Assembly: GCA_963667785.2 (NCBI GenBank)
Contig: CAXXMU010000001.1
Location: 960,001 to 1,024,000 of the forward strand
DNA length: 64,000 nucleotides
Direction of reading: 5' to 3'
Source: Alphaproteobacteria bacterium
Lineage (GTDB): Bacteria; Pseudomonadota; Alphaproteobacteria; UBA828
Shown here piece after piece: positions 17,881-26,089 of this stretch. The notes beneath the pieces were generated by a model, which saw only the letters and a list, made by a program, of their open reading frames with translations, had not been told where the DNA came from and did not search any database. Position 1 is the stretch's first letter, and each line of letters starts with the position of its first letter. The translations under genes were made by a program, and so were the position numbers.

Positions 17881-20495
17881 GCGGCGTCCTCCGTTTCGGT
17901 GGTTTCGGAATGTCCGGCAGCGGCAGGACGAACGTCGTCCCCGTGGGATGCGTCCCCCGCGAGACGGGCGCCGTCCGCGAGCCGGTCGATGGCCTCGACC
18001 GTGGTGAGGCCCTGCGCCTTGCACGTCTCCACGGCCGCAAAGGCCGGGCCGCGCGACGAGAACAGCGCCACCGACCAGGCATCCAGCACCAGCCGCGCGA
18101 CCCGCCAGCCGTCCGGGCCGTGCAGCACGATCTCCGCGAAGCGCCCGTCCGCCGTGGTCAGGCTCTTCAAGGCGCGTTCCATGCCGGGATCGCAGTGGAT
18201 GCGCTTCTCGGATTTGAGGAGCTCGACCGACTCGTCCTTCTGGGCCAGAAAAATCACCCAGTCCGAGTTCTCCCAGGCGGCACGTGCGGCGGGGTTGGCG
18301 TAGTAGTCGTTGACCGACTGCGTGCCGGTGACCAAGGCGCCGCGGTACTTGCGGGCGCGCCGCGCGGCGCCTTCGAGAAAGGACTTCGAGTCCTCGCCCG
18401 AGAGGAGGTCCCAGGCCTCGTCGATGACGATGGCCTTCGCCCGGGTGCGCGGGCCGTGATACATGCGCTGGGTCGCGAGGAAGACCACCAGCATCAGCAC
18501 CACCGCCTGGACGTCGCCCCGACCCTTGAGCTCGGCGAGCTCGAACACCGTGAGCGCGTTCTCGAGATCGGGGACATTGCTGCCCGCGAACAGCCGGCCC
18601 ATGGCGCCGCCCGGACACCAGGGGCCGAGGGAGGTCGCCATGTCGGCGGCGCGGCGGTCGTCCCGCTTTTCCAGATGGCCGCGCACCGTCCCGAGATCGG
18701 CGTCGTTGCCGGCCTCGTCCCAGGCCGCCGCGATGGCCTCGGCGATGAGCGCCGCCTCGATGTCGTCGATCGAGCCCCGGCGCCGCGCCATGCGGCCGAT
18801 GACGCCGGCCAGCATGGCGAAGCACTCCTCGCGGTAGTCGCCGTCATGCTCGGCCGTGCCTGAGTCGATCATGGCGAAGGGGTTGAGGCAGGCCGGGTCC
18901 TTGCCGAACGCGATGAAGGCGCCTTCGAGCGCTTCCGCCGTGTGCTGGAACGACCGCCCGTCGTCGATCACCACGGCCTCGCCGCCGGCGCCGATCAGGC
19001 CCGTCACCAGCTCCTGCATCAGCACCGACTTGCCGGAGCCGGACTTGCCGGTGACCGCGACATTGTAGTTGCCGGCCTCGTTGGCGAAGGGGGACCAGCA
19101 GGCCGGCTGGCCCCGGCGGCCGATGAGAAACAGGGCCGGCGGATTGTCGCGATTGGCGGGTTGTCCCCGCCACTCGCCATGCCACGGCGCGAGGTTCACC
19201 GCCGAGGAGGTCAGCAGGGTCTTCATCCGGCCCATGCGCTCGAGGTCGGCGTCGAGACCGCCGGCCGACGCCATCGGCAGGCACGCCAGCCAGGAGGGCA
19301 GCTGCATGTAGCGCTCGGCGTTCACCCGCCAGCCCTGGCCGTGATAGATCGCCCGGACCGCCTGCTCCGCCTCGTCGAGGGCGTCGAGCGGCGCGTAGAC
19401 AGTGGCCATGTAGCAGGCCCGGACCAGCTTCTCGCCGTCCTTGATCCGGTCGGTGACCGCCTGCCAGTCTCTGGCCTTCTCGGGCAGGCCGGGGAGATAC
19501 TTGGCAATGCCGGTGCCGGCCTGCTGCGTCGCGCGGGCACTCTTCAGGAACGCCTTCTCGCCCGCCGCCTCGTCGCCGGTGGTCACCGTGAGGCAGGTCA
19601 ACACCGGGCAGCCGGGTTGCAAAAAATCGCGGTGGAAGTCGCCGATCAGCGCATTGCCGCGCCAGCCCGGCCAGACCTCCGGGAAGGCCACCGCACTGAG
19701 CACCCGCACGGCGATGTCCCCGGAGCCACCGTCGCGGCCGCCGTCGGGGTGATGGAAGGTGAGGCCGGTGGGATGGACCGTGAGCGCACGTCCCGGCGCG
19801 ATGCACTGTTCGTGCAGCGGATCGCGCGGCGCCCAGCGGCGGGGCGGGCGTTCGGTGCCGCCGTCGCGGTATCCGCCGATATCGGGGCTCGTCAGTTCAG
19901 CCGCGAGCGACAGCAGCGCGTCGGGTTCGAGACGGCGGGTCTGCGCCCCGGCAGAGGCCAGCGTGCCTTCCAGCGCGCGGCGGAAGGCGCCCAGAGCGGT
20001 CTCCGCGGCCGGGCCCGGCGTGGCGAACCGTGCCGCGCCGCCCGCGAGGCAGGCGGTGACGAACACCCGGTAGTCCGAGAGGGTGAAGGGCGGGCCGCCG
20101 CCGTGCAGCCGGCGCCAGCCCCCCGGCGCCAGCAGGTCGCGGCGCCCGCTTCCCATCCTGGCGAGCGCCCCGCCGGCATCGGCGCGAGGCTCCGCCCAGG
20201 CCCGGGACGCCGCGCCGAAGCGCGGGCTCGCCCAATGGATCACCTGCACGGTGCAGCGCTCGGGCGCGGCGTCGGCCAGCGTGCCGGCGAGCGCCCCCAG
20301 GGTCTCGGCGTCGATGCCGGCAAACGGCGGCAGCTCGACCGCGAAGCCGGCGGAGCCGGCGTTGACGTAGAGCTCGCTCGATTCGTCGAAGGCGCGCCAG
20401 GGCAGCAGGGAATGGAGCGCGGCCGGCATCGCGGGCGGCGTCCAGGGGCCGGGCGCCTCCGGCCCCTCGAAGAGCTCGAGCAGCCGCCCGATCAC
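17877..20495 (-). CDS. traC: VirB4-like ATPase TraC
   Basis: NYNVAVTGKSGSGKS, IDDGRSF, VIDEAWDLL, RRARKY; GTG start overlapping the traV stop. Confidence 0.95.
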   Translation of the reverse strand: MIGRLLELFEGPEAPGPWTPPAMPAALHSLLPWRAFDESSELYVNAGSAGFAVELPPFAGIDAETLGALAGTLADAAPERCTVQVIHWASPRFGAASRAWAEPRADAGGALARMGSGRRDLLAPGGWRRLHGGGPPFTLSDYRVFVTACLAGGAARFATPGPAAETALGAFRRALEGTLASAGAQTRRLEPDALLSLAAELTSPDIGGYRDGGTERPPRRWAPRDPLHEQCIAPGRALTVHPTGLTFHHPDGGRDGGSGDIAVRVLSAVAFPEVWPGWRGNALIGDFHRDFLQPGCPVLTCLTVTTGDEAAGEKAFLKSARATQQAGTGIAKYLPGLPEKARDWQAVTDRIKDGEKLVRACYMATVYAPLDALDEAEQAVRAIYHGQGWRVNAERYMQLPSWLACLPMASAGGLDADLERMGRMKTLLTSSAVNLAPWHGEWRGQPANRDNPPALFLIGRRGQPACWSPFANEAGNYNVAVTGKSGSGKSVLMQELVTGLIGAGGEAVVIDDGRSFQHTAEALEGAFIAFGKDPACLNPFAMIDSGTAEHDGDYREECFAMLAGVIGRMARRRGSIDDIEAALIAEAIAAAWDEAGNDADLGTVRGHLEKRDDRRAADMATSLGPWCPGGAMGRLFAGSNVPDLENALTVFELAELKGRGDVQAVVLMLVVFLATQRMYHGPRTRAKAIVIDEAWDLLSGEDSKSFLEGAARRARKYRGALVTGTQSVNDYYANPAARAAWENSDWVIFLAQKDESVELLKSEKRIHCDPGMERALKSLTTADGRFAEIVLHGPDGWRVARLVLDAWSVALFSSRGPAFAAVETCKAQGLTTVEAIDRLADGARLAGDASHGDDVRPAAAGHSETTETEDAA

Positions 20496-21229
20496 TTCAG
20501 CCTCCAGCCCGCCGGGTCCAGCACCACCCGGACGTGGCTCGCCTCGCGGTAGACGCCGTCCGCGTCGACGAAGGGCGCGATCCAGATCCGCGCTACCACC
20601 TCGTCCGTGCGGAGATCGCCGGCCTCCCGGTCGTATGGCGCCGGCTCGGGAGCCTGCCCTCCCGGCTCGGAGGCCGGGACAGGCTCCCGCGATCCGGGGG
20701 CCGGGAGGAGGGCGGCGGCCGGGTCCGCGGGCTGTGGTTCGGTTCCGGCCGGGGAGGTCGACGACGCGGCCGGCTCGGCCTTCCGGATCGCATCGCCCGG
20801 GGCCGAAGGGTTCGAGGTCGAGGGACCTGCCGCCGCCATGGCGTCGCCGGGTCCGGCGCGATCGGCGCTCGCCTCGCCGCCTGACCCGGCCGACGAGTCG
20901 GGATCGCCGCCGCCGAACAGCCGCGCCAGCCAGGCGAAGGGGTCGAATCCCTCGCCGCACGCGGTCGCGCAGGGCGTCTCCGCGGAGCCTCCGGCCAGCT
21001 CGTCGCCGCGCACCCGCCAGAGCGGCTCCGCGAGGACCGCCGTTCCCGCCGCCTTCGGGTCCGGCACCGCCGGATCGGCCGCCGCGACGCTGTCGCAGGT
21101 CCCGCCCTCCGCAAGAGGGCATTGCCAGGACTCGCCGATATGCCCGGTCGAGCACCCGGCGAGCAGCATGGCGGCCATCGCGGCGGAGATCGCCGCCAGA
21201 CGCGGCGCGCGTTTCGTTGCGTGCGTCAT
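20492..21229 (-). CDS. traV: Lipoprotein TraV
   Basis: Lipobox LLAGC, WQCPLAEGGTC, RIWIAPFVDADGVY. Confidence 0.88.
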   Translation of the reverse strand: MTHATKRAPRLAAISAAMAAMLLAGCSTGHIGESWQCPLAEGGTCDSVAAADPAVPDPKAAGTAVLAEPLWRVRGDELAGGSAETPCATACGEGFDPFAWLARLFGGGDPDSSAGSGGEASADRAGPGDAMAAAGPSTSNPSAPGDAIRKAEPAASSTSPAGTEPQPADPAAALLPAPGSREPVPASEPGGQAPEPAPYDREAGDLRTDEVVARIWIAPFVDADGVYREASHVRVVLDPAGWRLK

Positions 21230-21230
21230 G

Positions 21231-22601
21231 TCACTCTCCTTTCTGCGCTGTGATCACCGGCGCACGCCCGTCGATGCGGGCGCCTTCGAGGAACACCAGC
21301 GTCACCTTCGTGCCGGCCTGGAGCTGGACCACGGGCTGGTACTGCTCGGCCCGGCGGATCATGTAGTCGGCGACCTTCTGGCCCGCGGACGACGCGCCGG
21401 CGCCGAGGCCGGCCCGCCCGATATCGCCGAGCCCGGTGTTGGCGACGGCGGCGCCCGCGCCGGCCGCCACCGCCTGCGGCTGGAACGCCTGCGACACGCC
21501 CTGGCCGATGCCGGAGACCATGCCGGCGAGAAACGCCTTCTCGACCAGCGCCCCCTCGCGGCTCACCACGGGACCGCGCACGCCGGTCTTGCCGGAACCG
21601 GCGACGAACCCGGCGACGTCGGTCTCGATCACGGCACCAGGGCGTTCCCCTGTGCCGGGGCGTTCCCCCGTGCCGGGATCGGGCACGGCGCAGGTCATGG
21701 TGCGGAGCCGCACATAGACCTTCTCGGAGGACAGATCGCCGTGCGCCGCGCCCGTCACGGTGCAGCCGTCGACGTCGACCTGCATCGCCTCTCCGTCCTC
21801 CGCCGCCGTCCAGGCGGGTCCGATAATCCTGAGCAGCACCGGCCGGGGATCGCCCTGGGAAGACACCCCGGCCGAGGCGTCGACGCCGGCCAGCACGATC
21901 GCCTCCGCATGCGCGCCGGCCGGCAGCCACACGGAGACCGGCTTGGCCACGGCATCGGCGACCAGCTCGGGGCCGGTGCGGGAGTCCGTTGCGGACGATT
22001 GCGGCCTGCCGTCCCGGCTCAAAGGCCGGGACAGGCTCCCACCGATCCGGCGATCGCCCTCCAGCTCGAAGGTCTCGATCATGCGCCCCGGCATCGACAC
22101 GGCCGGTTGCGCTTGCCCGCCGTTCGCCGGCGCGTTGCCCTGTGCGCGGAAGTAGTCCCCGGAATCCGGCGCCGTTCCCGTCGCATTTCCCGGCTGCGCC
22201 GATTCCCGTATGCCGCGCCGCAGCTCGTCGATCAGCGCCGCCTGGCGGTCGATGACCTCGCGCGCGTTGGCGGCGTCGCCCTCCAGCCTCGCGCGCAGCC
22301 GCTCGTTGTCGGCCCTGAGCGTCCGCGCCTCCTGCCCGAGCTCGCGGATCTGCGTCTCGATGCCGCCGAGCCGCGCCTCGGAGCGCCGCGTCCAGACCTT
22401 CTCGGCGGCGTCGGGGCCGGCGATCTCCGCCTCGATGCCGCCTTGCGGCGCCGGCTTCCCGCCGCCGCCCATGCCGAGCCAGGCGGCCACCACGACCAGC
22501 ACGACCGCCGCGACGACGGAGAACAACAGCAGCTGGCGCCGGCGCACGGCGTCGGCGTCCACCAGGTCGCGCACGCGCCGCCCGCCGCCCTGGGCGGTCA
22601 T
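21231..22601 (-). CDS. traB: VirB10-like TraB
   Basis: TM plus coiled coil, LPAG..LAGVDA, GDLSSEKVYVR, GVRGPVVSREG, RAEQYQPVV. Confidence 0.92.
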   Translation of the reverse strand: MTAQGGGRRVRDLVDADAVRRRQLLLFSVVAAVVLVVVAAWLGMGGGGKPAPQGGIEAEIAGPDAAEKVWTRRSEARLGGIETQIRELGQEARTLRADNERLRARLEGDAANAREVIDRQAALIDELRRGIRESAQPGNATGTAPDSGDYFRAQGNAPANGGQAQPAVSMPGRMIETFELEGDRRIGGSLSRPLSRDGRPQSSATDSRTGPELVADAVAKPVSVWLPAGAHAEAIVLAGVDASAGVSSQGDPRPVLLRIIGPAWTAAEDGEAMQVDVDGCTVTGAAHGDLSSEKVYVRLRTMTCAVPDPGTGERPGTGERPGAVIETDVAGFVAGSGKTGVRGPVVSREGALVEKAFLAGMVSGIGQGVSQAFQPQAVAAGAGAAVANTGLGDIGRAGLGAGASSAGQKVADYMIRRAEQYQPVVQLQAGTKVTLVFLEGARIDGRAPVITAQKGE

Positions 22602-23419
22602 CGCGACGCTCCCGCCGGGACGGTTTCGGTCACCGCCACCGCGAGACGCCCGCCCGCGGGGCCGGTGCCGGGCGCAGCCACCCAGAGCGCCAACACACGA
22701 TCGGTAACCAGCGCTTTTTCGATGGTCCCGGCGAGGCCCGCGAGCCCGGATCGATGGGAGCCTGTCCCGGACCCCGATCCGGGGGGCCAGGTCCCGTCCG
22801 CATCGCTCGATGCCGGACGCGCGGCCTCGAAGACGAGCGCCGCGAGGCGCGGTCCCCGCCAGGTCTCGATGAGCGTCAGTCCGCCGGCGGACGGACCGTG
22901 GCCCGTCTCGATGCCGTAGCCGGGCACCGGCTCGCGCCGTGCGACCGACCGCACCAGGCCCACCAGCGCCGCGATGTGCGCATCGCTCGCCGATGCCGGG
23001 GCGCCCGACGCCGCGTCCGGCAGAACCGCCGCATTGCGGATCAGGATCTGCGCCGAGTCCCGCGCCGCAGGCGTCAGGGTCAGCCGGTAGGTGAAGCCCC
23101 TCTCGGTCCCGATGAACAGCGTGACCGGCCCGCCCTCGGCGAAGCCCTCGCCGGCCGGCCGCAGATAGAGGTCGCCCGAGGCGGCGTCGTGCTCGACCGC
23201 GAAGCCGTCCGGCGCACGCACCAGCCGCGCGATGCGGTCGCCATGCAGCGCGATCCGGTTGACGTTCGTCGCGGAGATTTGCGCGGAGAGCTCGGCATGG
23301 TCGGCCGCCTCCAGGATCTGTATCGCCACGGCCGGACCGGGCGCCGCGAGCGCGGCCACACATGTGAGGTGTGCGGCGACCAGCACCGCGATCCGGCGCC
23401 GTCGGGAGACATGTGTCAT
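22598..23419 (-). CDS. traK: TraK
   Basis: Signal peptide, ISATNVNRIAL, GDLYLRP, LFIGTERGFTY; between traE and traB. Confidence 0.85.
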   Translation of the reverse strand: MTHVSRRRRIAVLVAAHLTCVAALAAPGPAVAIQILEAADHAELSAQISATNVNRIALHGDRIARLVRAPDGFAVEHDAASGDLYLRPAGEGFAEGGPVTLFIGTERGFTYRLTLTPAARDSAQILIRNAAVLPDAASGAPASASDAHIAALVGLVRSVARREPVPGYGIETGHGPSAGGLTLIETWRGPRLAALVFEAARPASSDADGTWPPGSGSGTGSHRSGLAGLAGTIEKALVTDRVLALWVAAPGTGPAGGRLAVAVTETVPAGASR

Positions 23420-23988
23420 TTTGCGTCCTCCATCTGTTCGAAGCGCAGGAGCCCGATGCGCCCGGCGTCGATGCGGAAGGCGAGCCGGTAGCGCCGGTCC
23501 TCGCGCGAGGACTCCTCGCGGCCGATCCAGGTCACCAGCTCGCCTGCGATCTCGACGCTGAGCCGCGCCGGGTCGGCCTCGATCTCGGTGGGGTAGAAGG
23601 CGCTCGCCATGTCGCGCCCGGCCATGCGGGCGGCCTCCGCCTCGACCCAGGCGCCGATCGCGCCGCGCGCCGAGGCGTGGCTCATCCGCGCCGCCGCGAG
23701 GCGGACGTGGCCGGCGTTCTCCGGCGTCAATGTGAGCAGCGTCACCGCCACCGTGCGCGCCATGTCCTCCAGGTAGCGCGCCCGGGCCAGCCCCGTGCCG
23801 GCGCCGCCGCCGGCGATCTCCCAGGCGGGTCCCGCCGTTGCGGGGACCAGTACGGTCACGGTCTCACGCCCGGCGAAGCTCATCGTCAGCATCAGGTTGG
23901 CGGTCATCGACAGCACCAGCAGCCCGGCCAGGGCCAGGCGCACGTCCCGCACCCGGCGGATGGCGGAGTCCATCTCGATGCGCCGCAT
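23416..23988 (-). CDS. traE: TraE
   Basis: TM segment, TVLVP, YLEDMAR..LLTLTPEN, SAFYP. Confidence 0.88.
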   Translation of the reverse strand: MRRIEMDSAIRRVRDVRLALAGLLVLSMTANLMLTMSFAGRETVTVLVPATAGPAWEIAGGGAGTGLARARYLEDMARTVAVTLLTLTPENAGHVRLAAARMSHASARGAIGAWVEAEAARMAGRDMASAFYPTEIEADPARLSVEIAGELVTWIGREESSREDRRYRLAFRIDAGRIGLLRFEQMEDAK

Positions 23989-23995
23989 CGCCGCC

Positions 23996-24289
23996 TCAGC
24001 CGACGAAGCGCCGGAGGTGGCTCGGCGGCGTCGCCTTGAGCCGCAGCACGAAGTCCGGCAGGAACCAGTAGAGCGCGTAGCGCGCGATGTTGGCCCCGCC
24101 GCCGCGCTTCACCCGGCGCAGCAGCAGCCAGCCGCCGACACCCGCCACCAGACCCGGCACGAACTGGTTGGCCGCCAGCCCGAGCAGCGCCGGCCCCATC
24201 AGCGCCGCCGCCTCGTCCACGGTCCAGAACAGCCAGCGCTCCGGGTCGTCGAGCCGGCGGGGAATCGTGTGGCGGGCGGTCTCGTTCAC
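23996..24289 (-). CDS. traL: TraL
   Basis: IPRRLDDPER..WTVDE, LYWFLP, TPPSHLRRFVG; GTG start. Confidence 0.88.
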   Translation of the reverse strand: MNETARHTIPRRLDDPERWLFWTVDEAAALMGPALLGLAANQFVPGLVAGVGGWLLLRRVKRGGGANIARYALYWFLPDFVLRLKATPPSHLRRFVG

Positions 24290-24299
24290 GATTGCGGCC

Positions 24300-24629
24300 T
24301 CAGACGATCGCCGTGCCGACCAGGCCGGTGACGATGCCGGTGCCGGCGCCCGCGGCGATGCCGACGCCGACCGCGCCCATGAGCTGCATCGCGTTGAAGC
24401 GCAGCACCGAGCCCACCAGGGCGGCGCCCACCGCGAGCGCCGCGGCGAGCTGGCCGCCGGTGCCGCCGACGATGTCCTCCACCGTGTCCAGCGGGCTGTC
24501 GAAGGTGGTGTCGGTGGTCGCCAGCGCGATGTCGGGCGCCGCGAGCAGCGCCCCGAGCGCAAGGCCCGCCGCGGCAACGCCGCGCAGCGCCTCGCCCGCG
24601 CTGCCCGCGGTCTTCCGCCGCGCGGCCAT
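24300..24629 (-). CDS. traA: Conjugative pilin TraA
   Basis: Leader peptide plus two hydrophobic helices; first gene before traL. Confidence 0.75.
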   Translation of the reverse strand: MAARRKTAGSAGEALRGVAAAGLALGALLAAPDIALATTDTTFDSPLDTVEDIVGGTGGQLAAALAVGAALVGSVLRFNAMQLMGAVGVGIAAGAGTGIVTGLVGTAIV

Positions 24630-25303
24630 CACGCCGCCCTCCGGCCCGGGCCGTCCGGCCCGCCCGGCACGTGGCGCTCCGCCGCCCAGCGCTTCAGGTG
24701 GTCGAGGCGGTAGAGGATGCGGTGGCCGAAACGGTAGTGGTCCGGACCGCCGCCCTCCTCGCGCATCCGGTGCAGCGTGCGCGCGGAGACCCCGAGCCAG
24801 GCCGCCGCCTCGCGCGCGCTCAGATGAGGGCTCTCTTCGTGGTTCATGTCCGTCTCTCCCTGTCGTTCTTCGTTCCCCCCGCGCGCCAGCAGCCGCACGT
24901 CCGCCACCGCGCGCGCCATCGCCGCCAGGCACGCCTCATCCGCCTGCGCCGCCATCCAGGCGCGCACCTTGTCCACGGTGACGAGGCGGAAGGAGACGCC
25001 GCCGTGCAGCCGTTCCACGAAGGAGGGGTCGCCGGCCGCCCGCTCGCCCAGCACGTAGGGCTTGGTTCCGGTGCGTTCGAGGAACGCCTCGACCTCGCGC
25101 ACGAAGCCGGGGCGGAGCGGCGCTTCGCCCATGGCCGCGAGCACCGTGTCGGCGGTGGCAAGCGTCAGACGCCGCCCGCGCTTGAGCGAGGCGACGAAGC
25201 CGGGGTCGTTCAGCGCGTCGATGCCGAAGCGCCGGCCACTCGTGCCGGAGCGCGCGAGATGGCCGAGAACGGCGTCACGGAGCCTGTCGTCGAGGGGTGT
25301 CAT
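24629..25303 (-). CDS. Tandem Cro-like HTH domains fused to an AlpA/excisionase-like HTH
   Basis: Two similar repeats (FGIDALNDPGFV..LKRG / LGERAAGDPSFV..LHGG), then LSAREAAAWLGVSARTL..GGGP..YRFG.RILYR; possible internal start at 24847 with GGAG. Confidence 0.7.
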   Translation of the reverse strand: MTPLDDRLRDAVLGHLARSGTSGRRFGIDALNDPGFVASLKRGRRLTLATADTVLAAMGEAPLRPGFVREVEAFLERTGTKPYVLGERAAGDPSFVERLHGGVSFRLVTVDKVRAWMAAQADEACLAAMARAVADVRLLARGGNEERQGETDMNHEESPHLSAREAAAWLGVSARTLHRMREEGGGPDHYRFGHRILYRLDHLKRWAAERHVPGGPDGPGRRAA

Positions 25304-25332
25304 GGCGGCGACCGTACCGAGGACGGCCGCCG

Positions 25333-25362
25333 TTGACAATCGTCTTAGTTAGGGGATATCCT
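25333..25362 (+). promoter_or_regulatory. Putative sigma70 promoter of the repressor gene
   Basis: TTGACA (25333-25338), 18-bp spacer, TATCCT; overlaps the GGATATCC palindrome. Confidence 0.45.
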
Positions 25363-25392
25363 GCGGATGAGGCTTCCACGCAAGGAGCGGAC

Positions 25393-26061
25393 ATGCAAAC
25401 CGACACCGCACGAGAGAACCTGAGAGAGGCGCTCTGGAAGAAGGGAACCTCCCTCGCCGAGGCGTCCCTGGCCATCGGCCGGAACAAGGCCTATCTCCAG
25501 CAGTACCTCGCCCGAGGCATGCCCCGCGTGCTCTCGTTTCAGGACTCCGAAGCCCTGGCCAAGCTCCTCGGCTGCGACCCCGCCGAGCTCCGCCACGACG
25601 CGCTGCCCGCGCCCAAGCCCTGGTCCGGCCCGAAGCGCAGGCGCACCGCCGGCGCCTCGGTGCCGGAGATGGAGGTCGAGGCCGCCGCCGGGCCGGGCGC
25701 CTGGAACGAGGGCTTCGTCGCCGAGAAGGCCCGCTGGCGCCTCCCCGAGGGCATGGTCCGCCACGAGGGCGACGCCGACCCCGGCGCGGTCCGCATCCTC
25801 AAGGTGCGCGGCAATTCCATGGAGCCCGAGCTGCGCCAGGGCGACCGCGTCGTCATCGACACCGCGCGCCGCGTCCCCGCCGCCGGCGAGCTCTTCGTGC
25901 TCTGGGACGGCACGGGACTCGTGGTCAAGCGCGTCGAGGCGCTCACCGCAGAGGGACAGCTCCGCCTCGCCTCGGCCCACCCCGACTACGCCCCCTACGA
26001 GCGCCCGGCCGACGAGGTCCACATCGTCGGCAAGGTCCTCTGGAAGGTCACCCGCGCCTGA
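25393..26061 (+). CDS. CI/LexA-like repressor with S24 autopeptidase domain
   Basis: AAGGAG RBS, N-terminal HTH, AAAG cleavage site, GNSMEP (Ser), VVKRV (Lys). Confidence 0.9.
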   Translation: MQTDTARENLREALWKKGTSLAEASLAIGRNKAYLQQYLARGMPRVLSFQDSEALAKLLGCDPAELRHDALPAPKPWSGPKRRRTAGASVPEMEVEAAAGPGAWNEGFVAEKARWRLPEGMVRHEGDADPGAVRILKVRGNSMEPELRQGDRVVIDTARRVPAAGELFVLWDGTGLVVKRVEALTAEGQLRLASAHPDYAPYERPADEVHIVGKVLWKVTRA

Positions 26062-26089
26062 CGCCCGAAACACCGATTCAGCGCGCGCC

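Noticed and set aside
21640-21677. 18-bp tandem repeat in traB (PGTGER x2)
   Set aside because: Small in-frame slippage duplication with no further pattern
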